A stretch of 64,000 nucleotides of DNA from an uncultured Candidatus Saccharibacteria bacterium (GCA_937924995.1 CALEXY010000011.1:11598-75597); one strand, 5' to 3'. Counted from the first letter of the stretch, positions 29,951 through 40,511 are shown. Notes: generated by a model not told the origin, from the sequence alone. A program made the numbers and translations.

Positions 29951-31150
29951 ATGACGACTTCTGGTTTTTCTTTCGAAATTAATCAACGCATCCCAGGCAA
30001 GCTCGGCCGCGCCGGAACTATTCATACCCCACACGGCGACATTAAGACTCCAGCCTTTATGGCGGTCGGCACCACCGGGGCCATTCGCTTTCTTTCACCA
30101 GAAGAACTTCATCAGACCAAAGCTCAAGCCATGCTCAGTAATGGTTACCACCTTCGTCGCAAATCACACGAAATTGCGGAAGCTGGCGGTTTAGCCAACT
30201 GGTCAAATTGGCATGGGCCGACCCTCACCGATTCTGGTGGCTTCCAAGTCATGTCACTCGGTTCTGGCCTTGGCAAAGTCGTCTCTATGGAGCGCGAGCG
30301 TGGTGTAGTTAATACCGCCCACCAAGAACGCCTCGCCCACGTTACCGAAGATGGGGTTAATTTCCGCGACCCTTTCGATGGTCAACCAGATTTTATTGGC
30401 CCAGAAGAATCTATGCAGATTCAATGCCGTATCGGCGCCGATATTCACATGGCTTTTGATGAACTTACTTCCTTAGCCGACAGCTACGAATATAATGTTG
30501 AGGCTCTCGCCCGTACCGAACGTTGGGCTAAACGTAGTCTCGACGAGCATTTTAAATTACGTGACTCACTCGGCTACCGTCAAAGCCTTTATGGCGTTCT
30601 ACAAGGTGGACGCTGGGAAGATTTAAGGCGCAGTACGGCCAAAAAGTTTGGCGAAATGCCGTTTGATGGCTATGGTCTTGGTGGCGCCTTTCTTAAGGAA
30701 GACCTCGGTGAAATTTTACGTTGGTGTAATGAAGAATTACCCGAGAATAAACCACGCCACCTACTGGGACTCTCGCATCCGGATGATATTTTAATTGGCA
30801 CCGAAATGGGCGCTGATACTTTTGACTGCGTCGCACCAACCAGGGAAGCTCGCCACGGTAAAATTTATACCAAATACGGCGACATTAATCTGCGTAAATT
30901 TAAGGATAGCAACGAATTGCTTGATGCCCACTGTGACTGTACTACTTGTAGAGCTGGTTGGACCAGGGGACAATTGTGTGCGCTTTGGAAATCTGGTGAT
31001 CCAGAACTCAAGCGTCAATATTATAATCTTGCTACCGCTCATAATTTACGTTTCATTATTCGCCTCACCGAACAAATTCGTGAAAGTATTTTGAATCAGA
31101 CTTTTGCTGAATTTAAAAAACAATTTTTACATGATTATTATCAAAAATAA
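29951..31150 (+). CDS. tgt: tRNA-guanine transglycosylase
   Basis: TPHG..TPAFM, TDSGGFQ, QGG, HLLG, DTFDCVAPTR, CDCTTC..HN zinc site. Confidence 0.96.
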   Translation: MTTSGFSFEINQRIPGKLGRAGTIHTPHGDIKTPAFMAVGTTGAIRFLSPEELHQTKAQAMLSNGYHLRRKSHEIAEAGGLANWSNWHGPTLTDSGGFQVMSLGSGLGKVVSMERERGVVNTAHQERLAHVTEDGVNFRDPFDGQPDFIGPEESMQIQCRIGADIHMAFDELTSLADSYEYNVEALARTERWAKRSLDEHFKLRDSLGYRQSLYGVLQGGRWEDLRRSTAKKFGEMPFDGYGLGGAFLKEDLGEILRWCNEELPENKPRHLLGLSHPDDILIGTEMGADTFDCVAPTREARHGKIYTKYGDINLRKFKDSNELLDAHCDCTTCRAGWTRGQLCALWKSGDPELKRQYYNLATAHNLRFIIRLTEQIRESILNQTFAEFKKQFLHDYYQK

Positions 31151-31177
31151 GAACCATAATCGTGATAAAATAGATTA

Positions 31178-31822
31178 GTGGAAAATAAAGTTTCATTCTT
31201 CAAAAGATATCCAATCGTTAAAGATTTTGTTAATTTAATTGTTTTTGTCGCCTGTGTTATTATCGGTACGATGTTTTTAAACGCCTACGTTTTTCGTTCC
31301 TATAACGTCGTAGGGCATTCCATGGACTACACTCTAAGCGAAAATGACCGCTTAATTGTCAATCGCCTAGCAGTCAGTATGAGCCATCTATCGGGTAAGG
31401 AATATGTACCAGAACGTGGACAAATCATCGTCTTTCTCAATGGTGAGTCCAGTGGTAAGCTCACTTGTAATGTCGACTCTACCATTAAAGACCAATATAT
31501 CATCAAACGTGTTATTGCTTTTCCAGGTGAGCGCGTGGTAGTGAAAGATGGCAAAATTACGGTTTATAACGACCAGAATCCTAATGGATTTAATCCAGAT
31601 ATTTCTACTAGAAAATCCGCTACCGATGGACCAAAGGCTAATACTTCTGGTGAAGTCGACGTCACAGTGCCAGATGGTGAAATTTTCGTGGTCGGCGACA
31701 ATCGTGAGGGTACCCACTCTTATGATTCGCGTTATGGCCTTGGCACTATTCCATATTGTCGCATCATCGGACCAGTCCTCATGCGACTTTATCCCTTCGA
31801 TCACATTCGTTTATTTCAATAA
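31178..31822 (+). CDS. lepB: Signal peptidase I
   Basis: GHSM (Ser), IIKRVIA (Lys), GDNR..SYDSR. Confidence 0.95.
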   Translation: MENKVSFFKRYPIVKDFVNLIVFVACVIIGTMFLNAYVFRSYNVVGHSMDYTLSENDRLIVNRLAVSMSHLSGKEYVPERGQIIVFLNGESSGKLTCNVDSTIKDQYIIKRVIAFPGERVVVKDGKITVYNDQNPNGFNPDISTRKSATDGPKANTSGEVDVTVPDGEIFVVGDNREGTHSYDSRYGLGTIPYCRIIGPVLMRLYPFDHIRLFQ

Positions 31823-31840
31823 TAAGGTATAATATTCTAT

Positions 31841-32623
31841 ATGGCAGATTATGTAATCATCCGACGTGGCCGCAACATTCTCAGTACAATCTTACATGTG
31901 CTGCTCAATTTAGTGCTTGCAATTGCCACCATTTTCTTAAACCTTGCCACAGCAAGTTTTCTCCCGGGGTGCGTATTAGTATTGCTCTCTAAATGGCGTA
32001 TGTTCGCCGTGCGTCCACGCTACTTATTTATCAATATCAAATCCAACCTAGTCGACCTCATTATGGGATTTTCTTTTGTTTTTCTCGCCTACTGTGCCGG
32101 AAATATTTTAAGCCCATTACATTACGTATTGACGACTCTCTATTCACTCTGGCTAATCGTTCTCAAGCCAATGTCTTCCAACTTCGCCACTAAGCTCCAG
32201 GCTCTCCTCGCAGTATTTTTCGGAAGTACAGCGATCACCCTGATGGTGGCTAGCAGTAGTTCATCTCTCGCAGTTATCCTAAACTTCATCCTGGGATTTG
32301 CCGTTTCTCGTCACGTCTTGGTCCAGAGTGAAGATACTAATTACAGATTAATTACCCTAGTTTCTGGCCTGATTTTCGCCGAAATTTCTTGGCTGGCCGA
32401 GTACTGGTTAATTGTTTATTCTTTTAAGGCATTTGGCTTGATCATTCCGCAAGTCACCATTATTCTGACTATTCTAGCTTTCATCGCTGGGTTGCTTTAC
32501 CAAAACGCCAACCAAAACGAACAAAAGATTGAGAAAAAAGATGTTCTCATTCCAACTATTTTTGCTATTTCCGTAATCCTGATAATCGTGCTGTGGTTTA
32601 GTAAACCATTATTCAATGTCTAA
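31841..32623 (+). CDS. Conserved hypothetical membrane protein
   Basis: About 8 TM segments; LLSKWRMFAVRPR..NIKSNLVD motif. Confidence 0.75.
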   Translation: MADYVIIRRGRNILSTILHVLLNLVLAIATIFLNLATASFLPGCVLVLLSKWRMFAVRPRYLFINIKSNLVDLIMGFSFVFLAYCAGNILSPLHYVLTTLYSLWLIVLKPMSSNFATKLQALLAVFFGSTAITLMVASSSSSLAVILNFILGFAVSRHVLVQSEDTNYRLITLVSGLIFAEISWLAEYWLIVYSFKAFGLIIPQVTIILTILAFIAGLLYQNANQNEQKIEKKDVLIPTIFAISVILIIVLWFSKPLFNV

Positions 32624-32645
32624 TCTTACGTTTAAGGAGGTAAAA

Positions 32646-34199
32646 ATGAACGAAGATAAAAGTAATTTTGAGCCAAAAGACTCAACCGATTTAGAAGAAG
32701 TAAAAAACATGTCTGAACCAGAAGATCTCGAATCTACTGATTCATCCGTGAGTTCAGTCGAAGAGTCAGAGACTACCGACACCTCAGAACAGTCCGAAAC
32801 TTCAGAACAATCCAAAAACGAATTCGAAGTTGAAGTTGAAACTGAAACCGATTCCGAGACCGAAGATGAATCTGCGGCTGAAGCCGAAGAACCTGAGGTC
32901 GAATCAGATTCTGACACTGAATCTGAAGCAAAAGAATCTGAAGATGAATCCGAGAAAGCTACTGAAGTCAATTCCGCTGAAGATACCGAATCTGAATCTG
33001 AAGAAAAATCCACCTCAAAAACCGAGAAAAAACCTAAGGTTAAAACCGGTAAAAATCGTTTTGCTACCTTTGCTAGTCTCGTAGCCGTCGCCTTATCAGG
33101 CACCGCGCTTTATTATGCTTACAACCGTCCTACTACTTCAATTTTCCACAGTAATAATTCGGTCAGCAATAATGCCGCTACCTTTGCTGAAGGATCAATT
33201 TCCGAAATTGCCAATTCTGTCTCGAAAAGTGTTGTTTCAATCATCACCAATACTAGCACCACTGGTTCTTTCTTCACTGGTCAAGTTTCCCAGGCTGCTG
33301 GTACCGGTTTTATTCTTAGTAGCGACGGCTATATCGCCACTAACAAGCACGTCGTCGCTAACGCTACCAAAATTGGCGTTATCCTCGATGATGGATCGAC
33401 CTATGAAGACGTTGAATTAATCGGTACTGATCCAATCAATGACTTTGCGATTGTTAAAATCAAAGACGTCAAAGATCTTACTCCAATCAAAATTGGTGAC
33501 AGCAAAACCACTAACATCGGCCAGCAAGTTGTAGCTATCGGCAATGCGCTTGGTACCTACCAAAACTCCGTCACCTCCGGAATCATCTCTGGTAAAGGTC
33601 GTAGCCTCACCGCCTCTGACTCTTCTCGCACTACCTATGAAACCCTTTCCGATATGATCCAAACCGATGCCGCAATCAATGGTGGTAATTCCGGTGGACC
33701 ACTCGTCAATGCCGCCGGTGAAGTGATTGGCATTAATACCGCCTATGCCAGCCAAGGAAATAACGTTGGTTTCGCTATCCCTATCAATAGCGTCAAGGGA
33801 ATTATGGCCGGCGTCCTCAAAGATGGCAAATTCGAACGCGCCGTATTAGGTGTCCGCTATCAAACCATCACCCCGCTTATTGCCAAAGAGAAGAAACTTG
33901 ATGTCACAGCTGGCGCCTACGTCAAAGGCTCAAACAATGCCTCTGCCGTCATCAAGGGTAGCGCTGGCGACAAAGCTGGCATTAAAGATGGCGACATTAT
34001 CACCGCTGTTAACGGTACCAAAATCGGCACTGCCGGATCGCTTGGTAGCCTAATCGGTGAATACGCCGTCGGCGACACCGTTAAACTCGAAGTCTATCGT
34101 GACAAAAAATACGTTCAACTCGATGTTAAACTTGAAGCTTATGACGCCGATAGCGCCAAGGTTACCACCAATAAAAAATCAGACGACGACGAAGAATAA
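32646..34199 (+). CDS. htrA: HtrA/DegP-family serine protease with long acidic N-terminal extension
   Basis: TNKHVV, DFA, IQTDAAINGGNSGGPL, one PDZ domain; aaggagg RBS. Confidence 0.93.
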   Translation: MNEDKSNFEPKDSTDLEEVKNMSEPEDLESTDSSVSSVEESETTDTSEQSETSEQSKNEFEVEVETETDSETEDESAAEAEEPEVESDSDTESEAKESEDESEKATEVNSAEDTESESEEKSTSKTEKKPKVKTGKNRFATFASLVAVALSGTALYYAYNRPTTSIFHSNNSVSNNAATFAEGSISEIANSVSKSVVSIITNTSTTGSFFTGQVSQAAGTGFILSSDGYIATNKHVVANATKIGVILDDGSTYEDVELIGTDPINDFAIVKIKDVKDLTPIKIGDSKTTNIGQQVVAIGNALGTYQNSVTSGIISGKGRSLTASDSSRTTYETLSDMIQTDAAINGGNSGGPLVNAAGEVIGINTAYASQGNNVGFAIPINSVKGIMAGVLKDGKFERAVLGVRYQTITPLIAKEKKLDVTAGAYVKGSNNASAVIKGSAGDKAGIKDGDIITAVNGTKIGTAGSLGSLIGEYAVGDTVKLEVYRDKKYVQLDVKLEAYDADSAKVTTNKKSDDDEE

Positions 34200-34203
34200 A
34201 ATC

Positions 34204-34231
34204 AAAAAATAACCCTCCGGGGTTATTTTTT
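34204..34231. terminator. Bidirectional terminator between htrA and prmC
   Basis: aaaaaataaccc-tccg-gggttatttttt. Confidence 0.85.
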
Positions 34232-34288
34232 ATCTATCATAATACGCATTATTGAGATTCTTATTTTAACTAAAAATTCCCACAAAAA

Positions 34289-35209
34289 TTATTTCAGCTT
34301 ATCCACTGGATAGAAAAATCCTAAAATTAAATCTTTCTTTAAGCCTAACTCAAAGCCCAACTTCTCCGCATATTCAGTAATTTTTTGCTGCTGACTCATA
34401 TCTGATTCGATAATCACATAATTTGTTTCAATTTCATCCTGAATTTCTGACTCCGAAAGTTCTTCCAGGTTTTTAGTGCTGAAAAAATTTCGCTTAATCT
34501 GATCGAGTAATCGATAAATTTGAGCCAAACCATCCTTATCGGCGTAAAGTGCCAACTTTGGTTCGTACTGCAATTCTGGCGACTGCCACTCCCAAGATTC
34601 ATCCACGTATGGTAAGTTTGCCACAATAATTTCTGGTCGAATTTTTAAACGTAGAATAGTCGAAAGTAAATCCGATTTATAAAATTTAATATTTTTTACC
34701 CCCAATTTATCCCGGTTAATTCGTGCCACAGTTAAAGCATCTTTCGAAATATCGAGACCGATCACTTGACTATTTGCACATTCCAAAGCCACCGAAAGAC
34801 CGATACAGCCCGAACCAGTCCCCACATCCACAATCGTAATCGGATTACCAGAAGACGCTTGTTCGCCGCTATTAAATTTTCCATCAATAATACGATAATA
34901 AAGTTTTCCCGCCAGCTCCGCCGCAAGTTCCGTTTCTGGACGGGGAATTAAAACATTTTGATTTACCAAGAAAGGTCGCCCCATAAACCACTTCACCCCT
35001 AGAATATATGCGAGTGGCACCTTATTTGCGCGCAAAGCCACCATCTGGTCAGCCTTCTTCCTAGCCTCATCAGAAATCTTATCCGCCCCATGAGTCACAA
35101 AAAAACTCCGGTCTTGTACATCCATCGAGACCGCCAAAATAATTTCCGCCTCTGTCGGGTTAATGATTTGCTTCGAAACCTCCAGCCAACTTTTTACCGT
35201 GGTTGCCAT
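34289..35209 (-). CDS. prmC: Release factor glutamine methyltransferase
   Basis: PLAYILG, VLIPRPETE, DVGTGSGCI, ANLPY; downstream of prfA. Confidence 0.95.
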   Translation of the reverse strand: MATTVKSWLEVSKQIINPTEAEIILAVSMDVQDRSFFVTHGADKISDEARKKADQMVALRANKVPLAYILGVKWFMGRPFLVNQNVLIPRPETELAAELAGKLYYRIIDGKFNSGEQASSGNPITIVDVGTGSGCIGLSVALECANSQVIGLDISKDALTVARINRDKLGVKNIKFYKSDLLSTILRLKIRPEIIVANLPYVDESWEWQSPELQYEPKLALYADKDGLAQIYRLLDQIKRNFFSTKNLEELSESEIQDEIETNYVIIESDMSQQQKITEYAEKLGFELGLKKDLILGFFYPVDKLK

Positions 35210-35224
35210 TTTCTCCTTAAAAAC

Positions 35225-36289
35225 TTATTCTGCGATACCGTTTTCCGTGCGAATTACATCGAGCTCACACTTCTTTAGCTCCGAAATAATATCATCAATA
35301 TCACCATCCATTACTGCATTTACATTCGATCTGGAATAATGAATGCGATGATCCGTCACACGATCCTGCGGGAAGTTATAAGTACGAATTTTCTCAGAGC
35401 GATCACCTGTACCAATCAAATTTTTACGTGCCGCCGAAGCATTTTTCGCCGCCTCCGCACGTTGAATATCGTTTAAGCGTGTACGTAGCACCATCATGGC
35501 ACGCTCCTTATTTTGACGCAAAGAGCGCTCATCTTGCATTGCCACCATAATTCCGGTCGGCAAATGCGTAATACGAATAGCCGAGTTAGTCGTGTTTACT
35601 GATTGACCACCATGTCCACCCGCGTGAAAAATATCAATTCGTAAATCTTTCTCATCAATCACAATCTCCGACTCTTCTACCTCTGGCAAAGCCACCACTG
35701 TCACCGTAGAAGTATGAATGCGACCTTGCGATTCCGTGACTGGTACACGCTGCACACGATGCACGCCACCTTCAAATTTCATCGCTCCAAAAGGTGTATC
35801 TCCATCCATTTTGAAGACCACTTCTTTTACACCACCGGTTTCATTTAAGCTTTCATTCATCAGTTCTACCTTAAAACCGTGTTTTTCCGCATAACGTAAA
35901 TACATACGATAAAGTTCGCCCGCAAATAAAGAAGCCTCATCACCACCAGCCCCAGCTCGAATTTCCATAATCACCGGCTTGTCATCATCCGGATCACGTG
36001 GAATTAGCTTATCATCAAGTTGTCTAGTTAAATCAGTAATTTTTTCGGTAAGCTCTTGAATTTCAAGCTTCGCCATCTCGCCAAGTTCAGGATCCGAAAC
36101 AATCGCTTCGTCATCCTTAATCTGTTGCTCAGCGCGGGTAATTTCTTTTTTCAAATCCAAAATTGATTCAACCTCTGCCTTCCTCTTCGATTTTGCAGCA
36201 AAATCATTTTCAAGGTAAGCCTTCGGATTTTCCAAGAATTGATTAAGTTGAGTTAATTCCAACTCTAAACTTTTGATTTTTTCGTCCAT
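35225..36289 (-). CDS. prfA: Peptide chain release factor 1
   Basis: GGDEA, VQRVPVTE (PxT), GGQ, RTYNFPQDR. Confidence 0.97.
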   Translation of the reverse strand: MDEKIKSLELELTQLNQFLENPKAYLENDFAAKSKRKAEVESILDLKKEITRAEQQIKDDEAIVSDPELGEMAKLEIQELTEKITDLTRQLDDKLIPRDPDDDKPVIMEIRAGAGGDEASLFAGELYRMYLRYAEKHGFKVELMNESLNETGGVKEVVFKMDGDTPFGAMKFEGGVHRVQRVPVTESQGRIHTSTVTVVALPEVEESEIVIDEKDLRIDIFHAGGHGGQSVNTTNSAIRITHLPTGIMVAMQDERSLRQNKERAMMVLRTRLNDIQRAEAAKNASAARKNLIGTGDRSEKIRTYNFPQDRVTDHRIHYSRSNVNAVMDGDIDDIISELKKCELDVIRTENGIAE

Positions 36290-36413
36290 ATTAGATTAAT
36301 TATATAATAATCCACCCCATATTCCAATCTCGTAAAAAACTATCTTATTTTTGAACTAAAATCTTGAAGTATAGACAGCAAAAAATCCCTTCCCGGGATT
36401 TCAAAAAATATTT

Positions 36414-36490
36414 TGGTGGATCTTACTGGGCTCGAACCAGTGACCTTACGAATGTGAATCGTACGCTCTAGCCAACTGAGCTAAAGATCC
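36414..36490 (-). tRNA. tRNA-Val(CAC)
   Basis: ggatctttagctcagttggctagagcg-tacga-ttCACat-tcgta...ggttcgagcc...agatccacca. Confidence 0.95.
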
Positions 36491-36561
36491 ATAACTTCTA
36501 CATTATAATATATAATTTCACTTTTCACAAAAAAATAAGGCCATTTGGCCTTATTTTGGAC

Positions 36562-36894
36562 TTAAGCTTCAGCTTTTTCTGCTTTTTTCTCAGCTTCTTT
36601 CATCTGCTTAGCAGCTTTGTTGGCGAGAGCCTGTTTCAAAGCTTCTGCCTTCATAGCACGAGCCTTGAAGCGGTCAACGCGACCTTCGGTATCGATAATC
36701 TTCTCTTCACCAGTAAAGAATGGGTGAGAAGCCGAAGAAATCTGAACCTTCACGAGTGGATATTCATTTCCATCGGTCCACTTGATAGTCTCTTCGCTCT
36801 TAGCGGTAGACTTAGTCAAGAAAGAAAAGTTCGCAGCGTCATCAGCAAAAACCACAAAGCGATAATCTTTTGGATGCAATTCTTGTTTACTCAT
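36562..36894 (-). CDS. rpmE: 50S ribosomal protein L31 type B (zinc-free)
   Basis: [28 protein letters not shown]; no Cys; Ala/Lys tail. Confidence 0.95.
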   Translation of the reverse strand: MSKQELHPKDYRFVVFADDAANFSFLTKSTAKSEETIKWTDGNEYPLVKVQISSASHPFFTGEEKIIDTEGRVDRFKARAMKAEALKQALANKAAKQMKEAEKKAEKAEA

Positions 36895-37001
36895 AATTAG
36901 TCACCATTTTATCAGATACTCGCGGTTTTTTCAATAGGGAATTAGCTTTACAGATTCCACCTCTTATGTTAAGATAGAAAAGTAATTAATTTAATGAAAC
37001 A

Positions 37002-37034
37002 GCTTCATCCGTTTTCCTGAAGACAAGATGAAGT
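37002..37034 (+). promoter_or_regulatory. Hairpin in the rpsB 5' UTR (possible S2 autoregulatory leader)
   Basis: gcttcatc...gatgaagt inverted repeat between the promoter and the RBS. Confidence 0.4.
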
Positions 37035-37050
37035 GAAGGGAAAGGAAAAC

Positions 37051-37737
37051 ATGTCCAAGACTATCGACATGAAAGAACTCCTCGAAGCAGGAGCTCACTT
37101 TGGTCACAAGACCTCACGTTGGCACCCAAAAATGGCTCAATACATCCATAGCAAGCGCCAAGACACTCACATTATCAATCTTGAAAAGACCGTAGCTGGC
37201 CTCGAAGAAGCCCTCGCTCTTACCAAGAAAATTGCCAAAGACAGCAAGAAAATTCTTTTCGTTGGCACCAAGAAACAACTCAAGGCTATCGTTAAAGAAG
37301 CTGCTGAATCTGTCGACATGCCATACGTTACTGAACGTTGGGTTGGTGGTACTCTGACTAACGTCGAAACCGTTAACCGCCAAATCAAGAAGGTTAAAGA
37401 TCTCGAACGCCGCATGAAGACCGGTGAACTCGAAGCTCGCTATTCTAAGCTCGAAGTTCAACGCTTCCAAGAAGAAATTGCCGTACTTAACACCCGTTAC
37501 GGTGGTATCAAAGATATGACCGATCAACCAGCCGCCATCATTGTCACCGATGCTTGCGAAGATAAGAACGCTATTAAAGAAGCTAAGACTCTTCACATTC
37601 CAGTAATCGCCATTTGTGATACCAATGTTGATCCAACCGATATCGACATTGTCATTCCAGCCAACGACGACTCTACCAAGGCTGAAAAACTCATCCTCGA
37701 TTACTTCGTCGAAGCTATCAAATCCGCCAAAAACTAA
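37051..37737 (+). CDS. rpsB: 30S ribosomal protein S2
   Basis: LLEAGAHFGH, FVGTKKQ, RWVGGTLTN, DTNVDP, PANDD. Confidence 0.98.
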   Translation: MSKTIDMKELLEAGAHFGHKTSRWHPKMAQYIHSKRQDTHIINLEKTVAGLEEALALTKKIAKDSKKILFVGTKKQLKAIVKEAAESVDMPYVTERWVGGTLTNVETVNRQIKKVKDLERRMKTGELEARYSKLEVQRFQEEIAVLNTRYGGIKDMTDQPAAIIVTDACEDKNAIKEAKTLHIPVIAICDTNVDPTDIDIVIPANDDSTKAEKLILDYFVEAIKSAKN

Positions 37738-37760
37738 TTTCATCTATTAAGGAGATAAAA

Positions 37761-38351
37761 ATGGCAGAAATTACCATTGAAAATATCAAAAAACTTAAAG
37801 AATTATCTGGCGTAGGTCTCACCGATGCTAAGAAAGCTCTTGTCGAAGCCGATGGCGATTTTGACAAAGCTCTCAAGGCTATGCGTGAAAAAGGCCTCAC
37901 TAAGGCTGAAAAGCGTGGTGACCGTGAAACCCGCGAAGGTATCGTCGACGCTTACATTCATGACGGCCGTCTCGGTGCTATCATCGAAGTAAACTGTGAA
38001 ACTTCTTTCGTCGCTAACACCGATGAGTTTAAAGATCTTGCCCACAAACTTGCTATGCAAGTTGCTTCTATGGCTCCACTTTATGTTTCCGAGGAAGACA
38101 TTCCAGCCGAAACCATGAAGGCAAAAATGGAAGAATTTGAAGCTAACTTCAAGGGTCCAGAAAATATGAAGGAACAAATTCTTTCTGGCCAAGTTAAAAA
38201 AGCTTTCTCTGACAAAGTTTTGATGCTTCAACCTTACATCCTTGACGATTCTAAGACTGTCGCAGAATTCATCAAAGAAATGATTGCTAAAACTGGTGAA
38301 AACATCACCGTCAAGCAATTCAAGCGCATCGAACTTGGCGTCACTGAATAA
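37761..38351 (+). CDS. tsf: Elongation factor Ts (short form)
   Basis: SGVGLTDAKKAL, EVNCETSFVA, GENI; follows rpsB. Confidence 0.97.
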   Translation: MAEITIENIKKLKELSGVGLTDAKKALVEADGDFDKALKAMREKGLTKAEKRGDRETREGIVDAYIHDGRLGAIIEVNCETSFVANTDEFKDLAHKLAMQVASMAPLYVSEEDIPAETMKAKMEEFEANFKGPENMKEQILSGQVKKAFSDKVLMLQPYILDDSKTVAEFIKEMIAKTGENITVKQFKRIELGVTE

Positions 38352-38369
38352 ATTATTTATTCAAACCTG

Positions 38370-38403
38370 AAAATAGAATAGGCGAAAAACCTATTCTATT
38401 TTT
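38370..38403 (+). terminator. Terminator of rpsB-tsf
   Basis: aaaatagaatagg-cgaaaaa-cctattctatttt. Confidence 0.85.
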
Positions 38404-38422
38404 CTTGTGCTAAAATAGATAT

Positions 38423-39775
38423 ATGAATATTTTATTTGGTGCTTTTATCGGCCTTATCGCCCTCACACTACTCGTCGTCATTCATGAATTTGGCCACTTC
38501 ATTATGGCTAAAAAATCCGGTGTCAAAGTCAATGAATTCGGTATTGGTTTACCGCCACGCAAGCTCGCCTGGCTTCACCTGCCGGCCAAAGAAGTCCAGA
38601 AATTCTATGACAGTCTTAAATCGGAATCTAAAGCCAAAGTCAACCAAAAACGTCTCCAAAAACTCCTTGCCATGGGAAAAGACAAAACCAAAAAAGATAA
38701 GTTCGTCTGGTTTTTCATTCCAAGCACCGAATATAAAAATGACCCACTCTATAAACAAGATTATTTAATTTTCAGCATTAACCTCCTCCCACTCGGTGGC
38801 TTCTGCACCATGGATGGGGAATCAGACGCTGAAACCAAGCCTCATACTTTTGGCGCCACTAACTATCTTCAAAAAACCGCGATTCTTTTCGGTGGCGTTA
38901 CTATGAACTGGATTTACGGTATTTTGATTTTTACCATTCTTGCTGTCACTGGCATGCCACAATTCATGAATAATCAATTCAATATTAATGAAAAAGCGCA
39001 TTTTACTATGCCAAAAATCTATATCGATAAGATTATTGAAGATTCACCAGCTAGTCATAGCACCCTGAAAACTAATACTATTATTCACGATGCCAAAGCC
39101 AAGAATGAAGATAACTGGAAAGTACTAACCTCCACGCTCGATGTTCAAGATTTTAATAAATCACATCTCGGTCAAACCGTAATTTATCGTACCTTCGATC
39201 CAGAAACTAAAATCACCAGCGAACACGAAGTCACCTTAAATTCAGGAGATAATTCACCAGCTCTTGGCATTTCCATGCGCATGGACGGTCAATTCCTCGC
39301 GCGTTATTCCGTAATCGATGCACCGCTCATCGGTCTTGGTACCACCGCTCAGATTACTGGTGAAACCTTCCGTGGTCTCTACGACATGATTCGAAATCTT
39401 TTCTCTGGAATCGCCAAGCAAATTACCGGCAACCAAGAAACCAGAGAGTCTGGCAAACAAGAACTCGCCAAAGCTGGTGAATCCGTCTCTGGACCTGTCG
39501 GTATCATTGGTGTAATTTTCCCAAGTTTCGTTAGCGCTGGCCTCACCGAGCTACTTTTCCTCACCGCCATCATTTCCATCTCTCTCGCCTGTATGAACGT
39601 TCTACCAATCCCAGCCCTCGATGGCGGCCGCTGGACCATGATTACCATCTCTAAATTAATCAAGAAGAAACTTTCTACTGAACTTGAAGGTAAAATCATC
39701 GCCTCTACCTTCCTCTTCCTCTTTGCTATGTTTATTCTTGTCACGATTTTAGATTTAATTCGTATCTTCCATTAA
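38423..39775 (+). CDS. rseP: RseP-like site-2 (M50) metalloprotease
   Basis: HEFGH, PLGGF, GGVTMN, GPVGI, NVLPIPALDGG. Confidence 0.92.
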   Translation: MNILFGAFIGLIALTLLVVIHEFGHFIMAKKSGVKVNEFGIGLPPRKLAWLHLPAKEVQKFYDSLKSESKAKVNQKRLQKLLAMGKDKTKKDKFVWFFIPSTEYKNDPLYKQDYLIFSINLLPLGGFCTMDGESDAETKPHTFGATNYLQKTAILFGGVTMNWIYGILIFTILAVTGMPQFMNNQFNINEKAHFTMPKIYIDKIIEDSPASHSTLKTNTIIHDAKAKNEDNWKVLTSTLDVQDFNKSHLGQTVIYRTFDPETKITSEHEVTLNSGDNSPALGISMRMDGQFLARYSVIDAPLIGLGTTAQITGETFRGLYDMIRNLFSGIAKQITGNQETRESGKQELAKAGESVSGPVGIIGVIFPSFVSAGLTELLFLTAIISISLACMNVLPIPALDGGRWTMITISKLIKKKLSTELEGKIIASTFLFLFAMFILVTILDLIRIFH

Positions 39776-39776
39776 T

Positions 39777-40511
39777 ATGCCATCAAAAACTTCATTTTCA
39801 AGCAAACTTGTCAAATTATTAAAATCTAACATAGACTTAATCTATCTTCCGATCTTAGCGATCATCACTTTTTATGCCGCTCAGTTCATCGTCGGGGTGC
39901 CAATGTTAATTATTCTTGGTTCCGATACTCTAAAAACACCATTCATTGCTACAATTTTTTCTGTCTTGGTTTATTCTTTGAGTTTTATCTTTTTACTCTT
40001 TACCTTAAAACATATTAAATCGCTTAAGGATCCCGTCACCCGTAATGAACTTGGACTTAATGATTTAGTTACCTTTTCAGATATCGGCCTCGCTATTGCC
40101 GGCTTTTTCGGCTATCTAGCCTTTTCTGCCATCCTTACCGCACTTTTCTCCGTTTTTCCATGGTTCAATCTTACAGAGAACCAACCACTCCTCTATTCAA
40201 CCCTAATCTCACCACTTAACAAAGTCTTTGCGGCCATTGCCCTGGTAGTTTTTGGGCCAATACTCGAAGAGGTTATTTACCGCGGACTCATCTACGGTAA
40301 ACTTCGCAAAAAACATTCTCTAATTACTTCAATTTTGATCGTTTCCATTCTCTTCGGCTTTCTCCATGGACAATGGAACGTCGGCGTCGACGTCTTCGCA
40401 CTCAGCGTGGTCGCCTGCTTGATGCGCGAAACCACGGGTACGATTTATGCTGGAATTATTTTACATATACTAAAAAACACCATTGCCTTTTATTTTCTTT
40501 TTATGGCCTAA
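39777..40511 (+). CDS. CPBP (Abi/CAAX type II) intramembrane protease
   Basis: PILEEVIYRG, FGFLH, IILHILKN. Confidence 0.9.
   Translation: MPSKTSFSSKLVKLLKSNIDLIYLPILAIITFYAAQFIVGVPMLIILGSDTLKTPFIATIFSVLVYSLSFIFLLFTLKHIKSLKDPVTRNELGLNDLVTFSDIGLAIAGFFGYLAFSAILTALFSVFPWFNLTENQPLLYSTLISPLNKVFAAIALVVFGPILEEVIYRGLIYGKLRKKHSLITSILIVSILFGFLHGQWNVGVDVFALSVVACLMRETTGTIYAGIILHILKNTIAFYFLFMA

Noticed and set aside
32609..33103. Long antisense and alternate-frame ORFs (also 37114-37743, 37803-38318, 45182-45730, 48047-48493)
   Set aside because: Shadows of strongly codon-biased real genes; no motifs or start signals
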